A stretch of DNA of 64,000 nucleotides from NCBI GenBank assembly GCA_964016885.1, contig OZ024747.1:61442001-61506000 (forward strand), in the 5' to 3' direction. The position numbers and the translations under genes are program-made. This DNA comes from Eledone cirrhosa. Lineage: Eukaryota. The notes beneath the pieces were generated by a model, which was not told the DNA's origin, did no database searches, and saw nothing but the letters and a program-made list of their open reading frames with translations. This document shows positions 43,032-56,710 of the stretch, in pieces (within the stretch, counting starts at the first letter, position 1; each line of letters opens with the position of its first letter).

Positions 43032-43760
43032 TACAGGGTGCAGCAAAACCTTCCATATTTTACACAATTCAACCCTTAAAACGTGGGAGGCATTTTTGCT
43101 GAACCTTGTATAGAAAAACTTTCCATGTTTTACACAATTCAACTTTTAAAATGTGGAAGGTATATTTTCTGCACCCTGTATAAACAGCAGTGCCACACAT
43201 TTGATATATTTTGGGAGAAAAACCTTCCATATTTTACACAATTCAACCCTTAAAATATGAGAGGTATTTTTGCTGAACCTTGTGTAGAAAAACCTTCCGT
43301 GTTTTACACAATTCAACCCTTAAAACGTGGGAGGTATTTTTGTTGCACCCTGTACAGAATAACCTTCCATATTTTACACAGTTCAACCCTTAAAATGTGG
43401 GAGGTATTTTTGCTGAACCCTGTATAGAAAAACCTTCCATATTTTACACAATTCAACCCTTAAAATGGAGGTATTTTTGCTGAACCCTGTGTAGAAAAAC
43501 CTTCCATATTTTACACAATTCAACCCTTAAATGTGGGAGGTATTTTTGTTGCACCCTGTACAGAATAACCTACCATATTTTACACAGTTCAACCCTTAAA
43601 ATGTGGGAGGTATATTTACTGCACCCTGTATAAGCAGCAGTGACACACATTTGATATATTTCAGCAGAAAAACCTTCCATATCTTACAAAGTTCAACCCT
43701 TAAAATATGGAAGGTATTTTTGTTGCACCCTGTATAAACACAGCTGCGATACAGTTGATA
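43032..43760. repeat. ~69-bp tandem repeat derived from a mariner-like mini-MITE
   Basis: Starts TACAGGGTG; the units end in CACCCTGTA or ACCCTGTA. Confidence 0.75.
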
Positions 43761-44454
43761 TATTTCAGTTCTGTATAACATTAATAAATCAACAGAAACA
43801 ATACAATCCTAACAGCAACAATAGTTTATAGTTTATCTAATGAAGGAGGGTGAAATTTGAAACAGGTACCTCTGAAGGTGTTAAATAATCAACAATATGG
43901 TGGTGATAGGGCCCCTTTAGTGCTTACCTTCTCCTCATCCCTTCCTCTTCCCTTCTCTTTTCCTCAAATAAATATGGTGAATCATGTACTTCGTTTGTTT
44001 ATTGTTTTTATGTAGTTATTTAGTTTTGTTTTCAGGTGATGCCTCATTGGTTAACTTGTAAGGAATTCTACCCCCAAAACCACAACATTAACTATGCTCT
44101 GTTGGCAAGCTTCTGAACACACACACACATATACACACATACACATACACACCTACACACATGCACATACATACATACATGCATGCATGCACACATATAC
44201 ACATGCACACAGACATATACATGCACAGAGAGAAAGAGAAAGAGAAAATAAGTGAGAGAAAGAGTGAGTGAGAAAGAGAAAGATAGAGGGAGAAAGAGTG
44301 AGAGAGGGGGGAGAGAGAGAGAGAGAGAGAGAGTGAGTGAAGGAGAGAGGAAGAAGAAAAACCTTAATGTTAGCCATGTAAACATGCAGAATGGACATTA
44401 AACATGAACAAACATCAAAAGAGGGTTTTTAGTTGGCTTCTATATGGATTATTC

Positions 44455-45050
44455 TAGTTGTGGTTGTTGTTGTTGTTGCAGTTGCAGTTGTTGTGGTTGC
44501 AGTTGTGGTTGCAGTTGCGTTTGTAGTTGTTGTGGTTGTTGTTGTAGTTGTGGTTGTTGTTGTTGTGGTTGTGGTTGTTGTTGTTGTGGTTGTGGTTGTA
44601 GTTGTTGCGGTGGTGGTGGTTGTTGTTATTGTTGTAGTTGTGGTTATTTTTGTTGTAGTTGTTGTGGTTGTAGTTGTGGTTGTGGTTGTGGTTATTGTTG
44701 TGGTTGTTGTTGTTGTTGTTGTGGTTGTTTTTGTAGTTATTGTAGCTGTGGTTGTAGTTGTGGTTATTGTTGTGGTTATTGTTGTGGTTGTTATTGTGGT
44801 TGTTCTGGTTGTGGTTGTTGTTGTTGTTGTTGTTGTTGTAGTTATTGTAGCTGTGGTTGTAGTTGTGGTTATTGTTGTGGTTGTTGTTGTTGTGGTTGTG
44901 GTTGTTTTTGTAGTTATTGTAGCTGTGGTTGTAGTTGTGGTTATTGTTGTGGTTGTTGTTGTGGTTGTTGTTGTGGTTGTTTTTGTAGTTATTGTAGCTG
45001 TGGTTGTAGTTGTGGTTGTTGTTGTTGTAGTTATGGTTGTTGTTGTTGCT
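44455..45050. repeat. GTT/GTG compound microsatellite
   Basis: Direct inspection. Confidence 0.9.
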
Positions 45051-45236
45051 GTTTCACATCAAAGCTGAACATACATCATTTTGCCCCACTGTGATCCCCC
45101 CCCTCCACCCAGCCAATTCAAGCCCCTCCTCCCACCCTCTTTCAGATCTGTTTATTTGATCCAAAACATACCACAGATTGACAAAACTAAAATGTTCCTT
45201 CACTTCACTTATCTTTCCTTGATGTTCTTTGATTAC

Positions 45237-46116
45237 AGAACTGTGTTACAACAGCATCACTGCCACCAACTGCAGTATATCACTGCAGGGCTGGGTTTAG
45301 ATCTTGAAGGACCCAAAGCACTTCAGGTTTAGGAGTACCCTCATACAGAACTGTATTACAACAGCATCACTGCCACCAACTGCAGTATATCACTGCAGGG
45401 CTGGGTTTAGATCTTGAAAGACCCAAGGCACTTCAGGTTTAGGGGTACCCTCATACAGAACTGTGTTACAACAGCATCACTGCCACCAACTGCAGTATAT
45501 CACTGCAGGGCTGGGTTTAGATCTTGAAAGACCCAAGGCACTTCAGGTTTAGGGGTACCCTCATACAGAACTGTGTTACAACAGCATCACTGCCACCAAC
45601 TGCAGTATATCACTGCAGGGCTGGGTTTAGATCTTGAAAGACCCAAGGCACTTCAGGTTTAGGGGTACCCTCATACAGAACTGTGTTACAACAGCATCAC
45701 TGCCACCAACTGCAGTATATCACTGCAGGGCTGGGTTTAGATCTTGAAAGACCCAAGGCACTTCAGGTTTAGGGGTACCCTCATACAGAACTGTGTTACA
45801 ACAGCATCACTGCCACCAACTGCAGTATATCACTGCAGGGCTGGGTTTAGATCTTGAAAGACCCAAGGCACTTCAGGTTTAGGGGTACCCTCATACAGAA
45901 CTGTATTACAACAGCATCACTGCCACCAACTGCAGTATATCACTGCAGGGCTGAGTTTAGATCTTGAGGGACCCAAGGCACTTCAGGTTTAGGGGTACCC
46001 TCATACAGAACTGTATTACAACAGCATCACTGCCACCAACTGCAGTATATCACTGCAGGGCTGGATTTAGATCTTGAGGGACCCAAGGCACTTCAGGTTT
46101 AGGGGTACCCTCATAC
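45237..46116. repeat. 110-bp tandem repeat, 8 copies
   Basis: agaactgt(g/a)ttaca recurs at 45237, 45347, 45457 and on to 46007. Confidence 0.95.
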
Positions 46117-46822
46117 ACAAAAAAATTAGAATACACAACAAACCACCCAATTTTACATATCAAAGTTAGCTTGACACAAGTAATTGGAATTGAAAAGTTA
46201 TACATACAGGTATTAAATTAAAAAATTCTAACCATCCTAAAACTAAACACAAACCCACTGCTTATACCATCGTTAAGGTGTTGTTCTCAAAATAAATAAT
46301 ATTATCATCAAAATATTTTAGATTTGATATTATAGGAGATAAAACCAAAAAATACAATAGTAGAGTAATGTAAATGTTAAAGGGTTAACCTCCTTTGTTA
46401 CTATATTTCATATGAAAGATTTTATAGATTTCAAATAATTTTTTGAATAATCAAAAATTTTGAGGGATTTATTAATGTTACTAATTTTCTCATTAAGCTG
46501 GTGTTTGGAACATAAATAAACAAAGGTTGTTACATAAAATTATGATGAATGGTTTTTAGATAAATATAAACATTTTAAAATAAACAGTTTTAATATAAAC
46601 AGTTTTATATCATAGAACTAAAGACAGTTTCAGGTGGTTTGGTTATAAAAGAGTTAATAACATTTTTAATAGAATTGATGTATTTCATAGCTTACTCAGA
46701 AGGAGACTTGCATGAATTATCTACATAATTTTCGAAGAACATAGAAGAGATCCATTTGGTATACAACACAAAGAACAGAGGTGCCTGTTGTAATTTTTTA
46801 TTATTTTGATGTATAGAGGGTG

Positions 46823-47036
46823 GTGGTGGATTGGCAGTATTAGTAGAGTGTTGGACACCATGCTTTGCAGCATAGAGTTACAGCCCTTTACGGTCTGAGT
46901 TCAAATCCTACCACGGTCAGCTTTGCCTTTCATCCTTACGGGAGTCGATAAAATAAAGCACCAGTAATACACTGGGGGTGATTTAATCGATTTTCCTTTC
47001 CCCCATATTTGCTGGCCTTGTGCCTATAGCAGAAAT
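46823..47036 (+). mobile_element. SINE family B (longer variant) with target-site duplication
   Basis: Flanked by ttattttgatgtataga and ttattttgaggtataga. Confidence 0.75.
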
Positions 47037-48027
47037 CCTTATTTTGAGGTATAGATAGCTTTTCAAGCAGTCAGAGGTGTTCTGGATTGGGAAGTAATTC
47101 TCTGCATGAAATTAGATAAGGTAAAACGTTAATAAATGCTAGATTTATCATTGTTTTTACATCCATGTTTCCATGATTGCTTAGGTTGGACAAGATTTTA
47201 CTATCATTTTGGATTGCAACCTTTCTTTTGTTTTCTCGTTGCATCCAAAAGAAGATTCAAGCATATGATGTTAGCCATTGAACTACCACGAAAAATAACG
47301 TATTCTGCTAGAAGTGGGCAATAGTTGTTTTGCTAGGGATTCTTAAATAAGGTACTCAATATATTAGTAGATAAGCTATACATTTCTTTCATGTAGAAAT
47401 GACTTTTACAAGACTAGAACTGTTTCATTCGTTTGAAATCATCAGAAATGCCCTGTTGATTTCAAACAAATGAAACAGTTTTAGCTCTGTAGAAGTCATT
47501 TCTATATGAAATATCATTATCACCATTTAACATCCATTTTCCACACTAGCATGGGTTACATGGGTTGTCCTATTTGAAACGAGTTAAGGTCAGATGACCA
47601 TGTCTTGCTTATATATATAGAGAGAGAAAGAGAGAGAGAGCAAGAGAGAGAGAGAGAGAGTTTGGGATGACACAAAAGAATGGTGGAACAAAGCTAAAAT
47701 GTAAAAGTTAATTAGTTAAACAAAAAGTGAAAGAAATGTTGATAAAGAAGACACATGGTTGATAAATTATTTACACGCAATTAAAAGCAATGTGTGTACA
47801 GTAGAGATATTTATGTCAAATAGAAAGTATAGATCTAATGTTTTAGGTGAAACCTTTTATCAAAGTCAAATAAGAAAAGTAAAGATTAAATATAAGAAGT
47901 GTGGGAATGATAACAAATTGATTAGGTAATTTTTAAAAGATGACATTTTGGAGTTGAACCACAAACAATAGAGAAATGTTATATGTATTTACACTTTCAA
48001 CAATATCAGTTTTAACTGGATATTAGG

Positions 48028-48588
48028 TAACCCTTTAGCATTTACAAAAAGCATCCAGGCAACACTGTAAAGTAGTCGTGTAGGAGTCATGACAAAAAGG
48101 CATCCAGCCAACACTGTAAAGTGGTCGTGTAGGAGTCATGACAAAAAGCATCCAGCCAACACTGTAAAAGGGTCGTGTAGGAGTCATGACAAAAAGCATC
48201 CAGTACTCACTGTAAATGTTGTTGGTGTTAGGAAGGGCATCCGGCTGTGGAAATCTAGCCAGAAATAGTTTCTTTATGAACAAGACACGGTCACTTGACC
48301 CAACTTGCCTCGAATGGGACAACCAGTTTAACCCATGCTAGCATGGAAAGTGGACATTAAATGATGATGATGATGATTACTCTATATTTACTATTATGTT
48401 TTCATAGTAAAGGCTTTACCTCACATAATTATCTCACATATTATCAAATCTTTGAGATTTTGATATTTATTTTGAGACCAATACGTTAACATCAGTATGA
48501 GTGGCCAGTTACAGCCGGTTTGAACAGAAAGAAGTGAGAGGATTCTGGCCAGATATGGCAACAGCCAGTTTAAATGCTAAAGGGATAA
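48028..48588. mobile_element. piggyBac-type MITE with nested RTE/SINE tail (48046-48376)
   Basis: CCCTTTAGCATTTACA is interrupted and resumes at ttactctatatttact. The element ends TAAATGCTAAAGGG. Confidence 0.68.
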
Positions 48589-48796
48589 ATGTAAATACTC
48601 AAGTTGCCACAGAAAAGTATTTTCACGTTTTATATTTTACTGTCACAAATTGTTTAAATTGTTTGACCACTTAAATGTTCCTCTATAACACAAGAGAGGA
48701 CCACAGCAGGTATTTCATACAATTCTGTCCACTTTTGTCCATTTTCATGAGTAATTTATCTGATTTACCTGACTATTATTTATAGCAATCGACCAT

Positions 48797-48987
48797 AGGG
48801 CGGTGGATTGGCAGTATCGGTAGAGGGTCGGACGCCATGCTTTGACGCATAGAATTACGGCCCTTGCCGTTCTGAGTTCAAATCCCGCCAAGGTTAACTT
48901 CGCCTTTCATCCTTACGGGGTCGATAAAATAAAGTACCAGTAATACACTGGGTAATTGCTGGCCTTGTGCCAAAAAGTAGAAACAAT
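48797..48987 (+). mobile_element. SINE family B with target-site duplication
   Basis: Flanked by attatttatagcaatcgacca and attatttatagcaatcaacca. Confidence 0.82.
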
Positions 48988-50939
48988 TATTTATAGCAAT
49001 CAACCATTATTATGCGTTGGGACGGACACAATTTATATGCGTGCGTGTGTGAGTTTGTCTTTTCACACTTGAAAAACAAGTTTCATCTAACACAACACAT
49101 GTAAACATGAGAAAATGGACATGAATATAACAACAATAAGGGTGATGGCAATGATGATGATGGTGATCATAATGATGATGACAGTGGTGATAATGATGAC
49201 AATAACAGTGATGATGATGATATCTAGTCTAGTCCTGATTATGTTTAAACACATTACTTGTATAAAAGAATCTCTTATAAACCAATTATTTTCTTCAGCC
49301 ATTATACCTATAAAATCACAATCATAAACTCATTACAATTAAATTCTGTAGAATTTCCTCAATGTTTTTATCGGGCTTTTGAAATTATGTAGACAGAAAG
49401 ATGTCTGGTATATGTTTCATTGTGTTTATTTCACATAAACATCTTCTAACCATTTGAAAGCATTATTAAGCATTGAACAATCCTGTGTTTCTGCTACGTA
49501 GGAATGGCTAAACAATCTTGTAAAATGTCCAATATGTAGGAACAAATATTATAGTTTGTTAGAATTAATTCTTTTCTTTGATGTATTTACAATGAAAGAC
49601 ACCATCTGTTATTTTCAAATCACCTTGAAAAGGAATAAGTATTTGAAGAGATTTTGTAATATAACTTTTACATTATATCTTTATATTTGGCAACACAACA
49701 GTTAACAATTTCACAAAGTTCTTTTGTCACACATTTTTCTGTGACATCTTCAGTGATTTCCTCCTGCTTGTTGTGTTTCTGCAAGGAAGGACTGGACATA
49801 CAATTAATTTTCTCAATATTAATGATGTTTGGAAAATAATAGTTCTTACATAGAATTATGATAGAAGCTTGTTAGATAAATATAAACACTTTAAAATAAA
49901 TAGCATAGTATTGTATAGTCAGGGGCTATTTGAGGCAGTTTCATATCAAAAGGGTTAAGGTCAGGATTGATACTTGTTAAGAAATACCTGAATCCCGTAA
50001 CTTTTCAATTGTAATTACTTGCGCCAAGCTGAATTTGATATGTAAAACTGGGGGTTTGCTGTGTATTCTAATTTTTCATGTATGAGGGGCCCCCCAAACC
50101 TGAAATGTCCCAGACTCGCCAAGGTCTAAATCAAACCCTGATGGCAATATTATTTCTGGTATTGTTCACCCTTTATTACACTTCAGTCCTTCTGCCTGAA
50201 GTTAGAATATTATGTACTGTTAATAGAACCTTTTACCTTGGCTATGGTTTAAAGTGGCCCTGCTCAATGTCATCATCATTTCTCCATGCTAGTATGGGTT
50301 GGACGGGTCATTACAGACCAAGTTGTTTCTTAATCAGAGTTATTGTCCTAGACTCTTAGATGGGTCAGAGAACCATGTCTAAATCCAACCTTGTGGAGAC
50401 CCTTTGTCATTAAAACACCTGAGAAACCTCCTATGAGACACAACCTTGTAGGAGGCCAGCTAAATCTAAATAGGTGTGAGCTGTAAATTTCATTTTTGCA
50501 ATAAGCTGAATTACATACATTTTGCTTGCTCCTACAATTATTTATATAACTGCCTATCTATCTATCCATCTATCTATCTATACATTATCATTATCATCGT
50601 TTAATGTCCATTTTCCACACTAGCATAGGTTAGATAACTTGCTCATATAGGACTGTTTCTAGCTAGGTTTCAAGTTGTATATTTCTCCATCTATTTGTTT
50701 AAATAACTATCTATCTATCTATACACCAAGCTATATATTTGTCCATTTATCTATTTGTTTATATTTTATAAAACACCAGGCTATATATTTGTTCATCTAT
50801 CTATTTGTTTATATTTTCTATTTATTTGTTTATCTGTCTCTATAGATATCTATGTTGTTTTTGCATTTTTTATCTATCTATTTCTTCATATCTATATGTC
50901 TATGTATCTATTGATCTATTGTTTATGCATCAATTTACC

Positions 50940-50979
<40 letters not shown>

Positions 50980-51096
50980 GCATCCATCCATCTATCTATC
51001 TATCTATCTATCTATCTACCTCTATCTATCCATCGACATATCTATCTATTTATCTCTCTATATATATTTATATCTATCTATCTATCTATTTATCTA

Positions 51097-51148
<52 letters not shown>

Positions 51149-51325
51149 TAGAAGGGGTATTTAATTTGTTAGAAGTCCGACAAATATAAATGTTTATAAC
51201 TGATTTAGAGCACTCAACAGTGTATTGAAGTAAATATTCAATGATATTAAATAAATGGAAACTATATTTATAAAACCATATTTATTTTATTATATATATT
51301 TCAAGGGTATATATATATATATATA

Positions 51326-51999
51326 TCTCGACACCATTACTGTCACGTCATCGGCGTAGGCCGACACCGCTTTCCGCAATCCCGGTTCCAAAGGGATGCC
51401 CTGCAACAACTCCAACTTCCGCAGTAGTGGCTCGAAAGTCAACACATACAGAAGGGAGGAGAGAGAGGGCACCCTTGTCGGATGGACCGCGCGATTTTGA
51501 ACGGCTCCGAGAGGTAGCCGTTCACCTTGACCCTAGAGCAGATGCGGCTGCTGTGCATAGCAGTGATCCAGCCCCTGAAAACAGGTCCGAAGCCTGCCGC
51601 CGCTAGCACCGCATCCAGGTAACCATGGTCGACCCTATCGAACGCCTTAGATTGATCCAAGTTGATCAGAGCCCCACCAAAGCCGGGTTCGTTCCCAACC
51701 CTCTCTATGATGTATCGCATGAGGTGGAGGTTGTCATGGATGGACCTGGACGGGATAGCGCATGTCTGCGCATCTCCCACCAGGTTGCCCACGACAAGCG
51801 CCAACCTCTTTGCTAGCACCTTGGCCAAAATCTGTAACTCTGTATTTAGCAGAGTTATGGGCCTGAAGTTACTTATTTCGTCCCCCTTGTTCTCGTCCTT
51901 CCTCACTAGCGTGACTACGCCCTTGGTCACAGAACAGGGAATTCTCCCGTTCTGTTGCCAGTTGCAGTAGACCACCTCGAGGAGATCGGGGAACAAGTC

Positions 52000-52005
<6 letters not shown>
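51326..52005 (-). pseudogene. Tx1/L1-clade LINE reverse transcriptase internal fragment
   Basis: NFRPITLLNTELQILAK...LDQSKAFDRVDH...SIRQGCPLSP, one frameshift, then LYVLTFEPLLR...SAYADDV. GC-rich and bounded by (TA)n at both ends. Confidence 0.92.
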
Positions 52006-52047
<42 letters not shown>

Positions 52048-52716
52048 ATCTATCTATTTATCTATCTATCTATCTGTCTATATATATATCCATCTATCTA
52101 TCTATCTATCTATTCACCAAAGTTCTTTAATCACTTGAAGATCGTCTTGTCAGCTCTAACAATATGTTTCAACATAAAGTGTATGTGTGAGGGAAGATAA
52201 GAGATTTTACTGCTGTTTTTTGTTTTTTCTGGGCATTTTTTATCACATTTTATTCATTATCAACCTCCCACATCTACATATATAAACACACACACCAACA
52301 CAGCTACATGTATACACAGATGTACACATACACCGATAAATATACATACTCATACATACATACATACATACTCAACAGCATATACATATATACACACACA
52401 CCAACACAACTACATGTATACACACATGTACACATACACTGATAAATATACATACTCAAACATAGACACACACCAACACATACATAGATACATATTTATA
52501 CATGCAAAAACATATACATACACATATACCTTAGGTAAACATCTTGGTTTGATATAAAATTGTATAAAAAAATTTCCAAAATAATATAAGTAAAATAAAT
52601 AAGATAAAATAAAACAAACCAATTTATTTTCAAATTAAACAAAATGAAGAGATAATTATATAACATCATATGTAATTATGTGACATTTTACGTAATTTAT
52701 TCAGTGCCAAATGCTT

Positions 52717-52763
<47 letters not shown>

Positions 52764-52910
52764 ATTTATATATATGTCTGTATATATATATATATATGTG
52801 TGTATATATATATATGTGTGTGTGTAAAAGATAAACAGAAATAATAACACAATTGGTACAGTATATGGAAAGAATATATTAGGTTAACGCTTGAAATAGC
52901 AAGAAGAGGG

Positions 52911-52947
52911 TCCTAACATTTTGGACGCTAGTCCTTCATCAGAAGAA
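52911..52947 (-). ncRNA. Degenerate hammerhead motif
   Basis: Minus strand tctt-CTGATGA-a-ggac/tagc/gtcc-AAAA-T-GTT-agga. The changes from CGAAACGTT are CpG-type transitions. Confidence 0.6.
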
Positions 52948-53024
52948 AGAATGAGACATTAGATAGATTGAAGGGACGGGTGGGGTGGAATTGGAAAGAA
53001 TTTCTTTAGATAAAATGTGTATGA

Positions 53025-53067
<43 letters not shown>

Positions 53068-53070
53068 AGT

Positions 53071-53764
53071 GGAGGCACGTGGCCTAGTGGTAAGGGTGTT
53101 GGACTTACAATCATAATATCGTGGGTTCGAATCCTGTGTTGCGTGTTGTGTTCTTGAGCAAAACACTTCATTTCACGTTGCTCCAGTATACTCAGCTGAA
53201 AATGAGTACCAGTAATAGCTGGGGGGTTTAACCCTGTGATAGACTGGCGTCCTGTCCAGGGGTGGGGGGGGGGGGGGGGGGGGTCTTGAACTCTCAGTCG
53301 CTTCATGCCATTTTCTTTTATTGACCTTGAACAGATAAAAGACAAATTTAACCTTGGTGGGATTTGAACTCAGAAAGCTAAGAGCTGAAACAAACATCAC
53401 AAAGCATTCTAACGACTCTGCCAATTTGTCCCCTCAGTTATATCTTTAGCTTATACTATATCTATTATATCATACATAGGTTTACTCAGCTGTAAAAAGG
53501 AGATGATAGGACTGGGGTCCATATCATTCCAGTGCAAAGTGGTCGTGGGGATGCCACTGCAAAAAAGCACCCAGCACTCACTGTAAATGAGGTTGGTGTT
53601 AGGAAAGGCACCCAACTGTAGTAATCAAGCCAGAACCAGTTCCCGTATGAGCGAGACAAGGTCAGCCGACCGGTCACTGCCCACAACAGGACAACCCGTC
53701 TAATCCATGCTAGTATGGAAGAACAGACGTAAAACGGTGATGATGATGATGATGATGATGATGA
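53071..53764 (+). mobile_element. SINE cluster: family A-related head variant (53071-53310), family B fragment on the minus strand (~53335-53430), family A body and tail (53480-53764)
   Basis: A and B boxes at 53080-53135; (GAT)n tail at 53740-53764. Confidence 0.65.
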
Positions 53765-53880
53765 TAGGTGTAGCTTTAGATTTTCTCTGGTGTATCTTTA
53801 TATCTATTATATCTAAAATGATACATATATATAACTTTAGATTAACTTAGGTGTGTATTTATATGTATTTTATCTATTCT

Positions 53881-54220
53881 ATAATACATAGGTGTAGGTT
53901 TAACTTATCTGGTTTATCTATCTATGTTTATTCTATAATACATAGGTGTAGGTTTAACTTATCTGGTTTATCTATCTATGTTTATTCTATAATACATAGG
54001 TGTAGGTTTAACTTATCTGGTTTATCTATCTATGTCGATTCTATAATACATAGGTGTAGGTTTAACTTATCTGGTTTATCTATCTATGTCGATTCTATAA
54101 TACATAGGTGTAGGTTTAACTTATCTGGTTTATCTATCTATGTCGATTCTATAATACATAGGTGTAGTTTAACTTATCTGGTTTATCTATCTATGTCTAT
54201 TCTATAATACATAGGTGTAG
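53881..54220. repeat. 54-bp tandem repeat, about 6 copies
   Basis: ataatacataggtgtaggtttaacttatctggtttatctatctatg...ttct. Confidence 0.92.
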
Positions 54221-54294
54221 CTTATTACTTGTTTATCTATTATACACATTATATCAATTGAAAAATGGATCAATGAAAAATAGATGAATGGAAG

Positions 54295-56120
54295 AATGAA
54301 TGAAAAGTGAGTGAATCAATGAATGAAAAGTGAGTGAATAATTGAATGAAAAGTGAGTGAATCAATGAATGAAAAGTGAGTGAATCAAGAATGAAAAGTG
54401 AATGAATCAATGAATGAAAAGTGAGTGAATCAAGAATGAAAAGTGAGTGAATCAATGAATGAAAAGTGAGTGAATCAATGAATGAAAAGTGGGTGAATCA
54501 ATGAATGAAAAGTGAGTGAATCAATGAATGAAAAGTGAGTGAATCAATGAATGAAAAGTGAGTGAATCAATGAATGAAAAGTGAGTGAATCAATGAATGA
54601 AAAGTGAGTGAATCAATGAATGAAAAGTGAGTGAATCAATGAATGAAAAGTGAGTGAATCAATGAATGAAAAGTGAATGAATCAATGAATGAAAAGTGAG
54701 TGAATCAATGAATGAAAAGTGAGTGAATCAATGAATGAAAAGTGAGTGAATCAATGAATGAAAAGTGAATGAATCAATGAATGAAAAGTGAGTGAATCAA
54801 TGAATGAAAAGTAAGTGAATCAATGAATGAAAAGTGAATGAATCAATGAATGAAAAGTGAGTGAATCAATGAATGAAAAGTGAGTGAATCAATGAATGAA
54901 AAGTGAGTGAATCAATGAATGAAAAGTGAATGAATCAATGAATGAAAAGTGAGTGAATCAAGAATGAAAAGGGAGTGAATCAATGAATGAAAAGTGAATG
55001 AATCAATGAATGAAAAGTGAGTGAATCAAGAATGAAAAGTGAGTGAATCAATCAATGAATGAAAAGTGAGTGAATCAATGAATGAAAAGTGAGTGAATCA
55101 ATGAATGAAAAGTGAGTGAATCAATGAATGAAAAGTGAGTGAATCAATGAATGAAAAGTGAGTGAATCAATGAATGAAAAGTGAGTGAATCAATGAATGA
55201 AAAGTGAGTGAATCAATGAATGAAAAGTGAGTGAATCAATGAATGAAAAGTGAGTGAATCAATGAATGAAAAGTGAGTGAATCAATGAATGAAAAGTGAG
55301 TGAATCAAGAATGAAAAGTGAGTGAATCAATGAATGAAAAGTGAATGAATCAATGAATGAAAAGTGAGTGAATCAATGAATGAAAAGTGAGTGAATCAAT
55401 GAATGAAAAGTGAGTGAATCAATGAATGAAAAGTGAGTGAATCAATGAATGAAAAGTGAGTGAATCAATGAATGAAAAGTGAATGAATCAATGAATGAAA
55501 AGTGAGTGAATCAATGAATGAAAAGTGAGTGAATCAATGAATGAAAAGTGAGTGAATCAATGAATGAAAAGTGAGTGAATCAATGAATGAAAAGTGAATG
55601 AATCAAGAATGAAAAGTGAGTGAATCAATGAATCAAAAGTGAATGAATCAATGAATGAAAAGTGAGTGAATCAATGAATGAAAAGTGAATGAATCAATGA
55701 ATGAAAAGTGAGTGAATCAATGAATGAAAAGTGAGTGAATCAATGAATGAAAAGTGAGTGAATCAATGAATGAAAAGTGAATGAATCAATGAATGAAAAG
55801 TGAGTGAATAAAGAATGAAAAGTGAGTGAATCAATGAATGAAAAGTGAATGAATCAATGAATGAAAAGTGAGTGAATCAAGAATGAAAAGTGAATGAATC
55901 AATGAATGAAAAGTGAGTGAATCAATGAATGAAAAGTGAGTGAATCAATGAATGAAAAGTGAGTGAATCAATGAATGAAAAGTGAGTGAATCAATGAATG
56001 AAAAGTGAGTGAATCAATGAATGAAAAGTGAGTGAATCAATGAATGAAAAGTGAGTGAATCAATGAATGAAAAGTGAGTGAATCAATGAATGAAAAGTGA
56101 GTGAATCAATGAATGAAAAT
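54295..56120. repeat. 23-bp minisatellite, about 79 copies
   Basis: gaatcaatgaatgaaaagtgagt. Confidence 0.95.
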
Positions 56121-56527
56121 AATGAATAGATGAATGATTGAAAAATGAATGTAAAATGAATGAATCAATGAGTGAATCTGTGAATGAAAATAATGAATGA
56201 CTCAATGAATGAAAAATGAAAGACCCAATGGATGAATGAATGAAAAATGAATGAATTAATGGATTAAAAATGAAAGAACCAATGAATGAATGAATGTAAA
56301 ATGTGTGTGAGAGAGTTGTAAGTATATATACATAATGTTTCTGTGTATTTAAATTCTGTAAGCTTTTTAAAGTTGTTTTATTCATATAAACTGTACAATA
56401 TAAATGGCAATATGGAAATGAAAAAAAGGAGAGGAAAAGGAAAGGAGGGGGGAACAACTGTCTACACCACACTTAAAACCATATGAAACTAGGATAAGAA
56501 TTGAACTCATGACCTTGGGACTGTATG

Positions 56528-56710
56528 CCCAACACCCTAACCACTAAGCCTCATACCTTCACCCAGCACCCTAACCACTAAGCCTCATACCTTTTCCCAA
56601 CACCCTAACCACTAAACCTCATACCTTCACCCAACACCCTAACCACTAAACCTCATACCTTTTCCCAACACCCTAACCACTAAACCTCATACCTTTTCCC
56701 ACTATGCCTC
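56528..56710. repeat. ~32-bp tandem repeat derived from a SINE head (minus strand)
   Basis: The unit ccaacaccctaaccactaagcc is the reverse complement of the SINE A-box region; it is preceded by gaattgaactc (B box). Confidence 0.7.

Noticed and set aside
44433-45094. Cys-rich keratin-associated or metallothionein-like ORF
   Set aside because: Translation of a GTT/GTG microsatellite.
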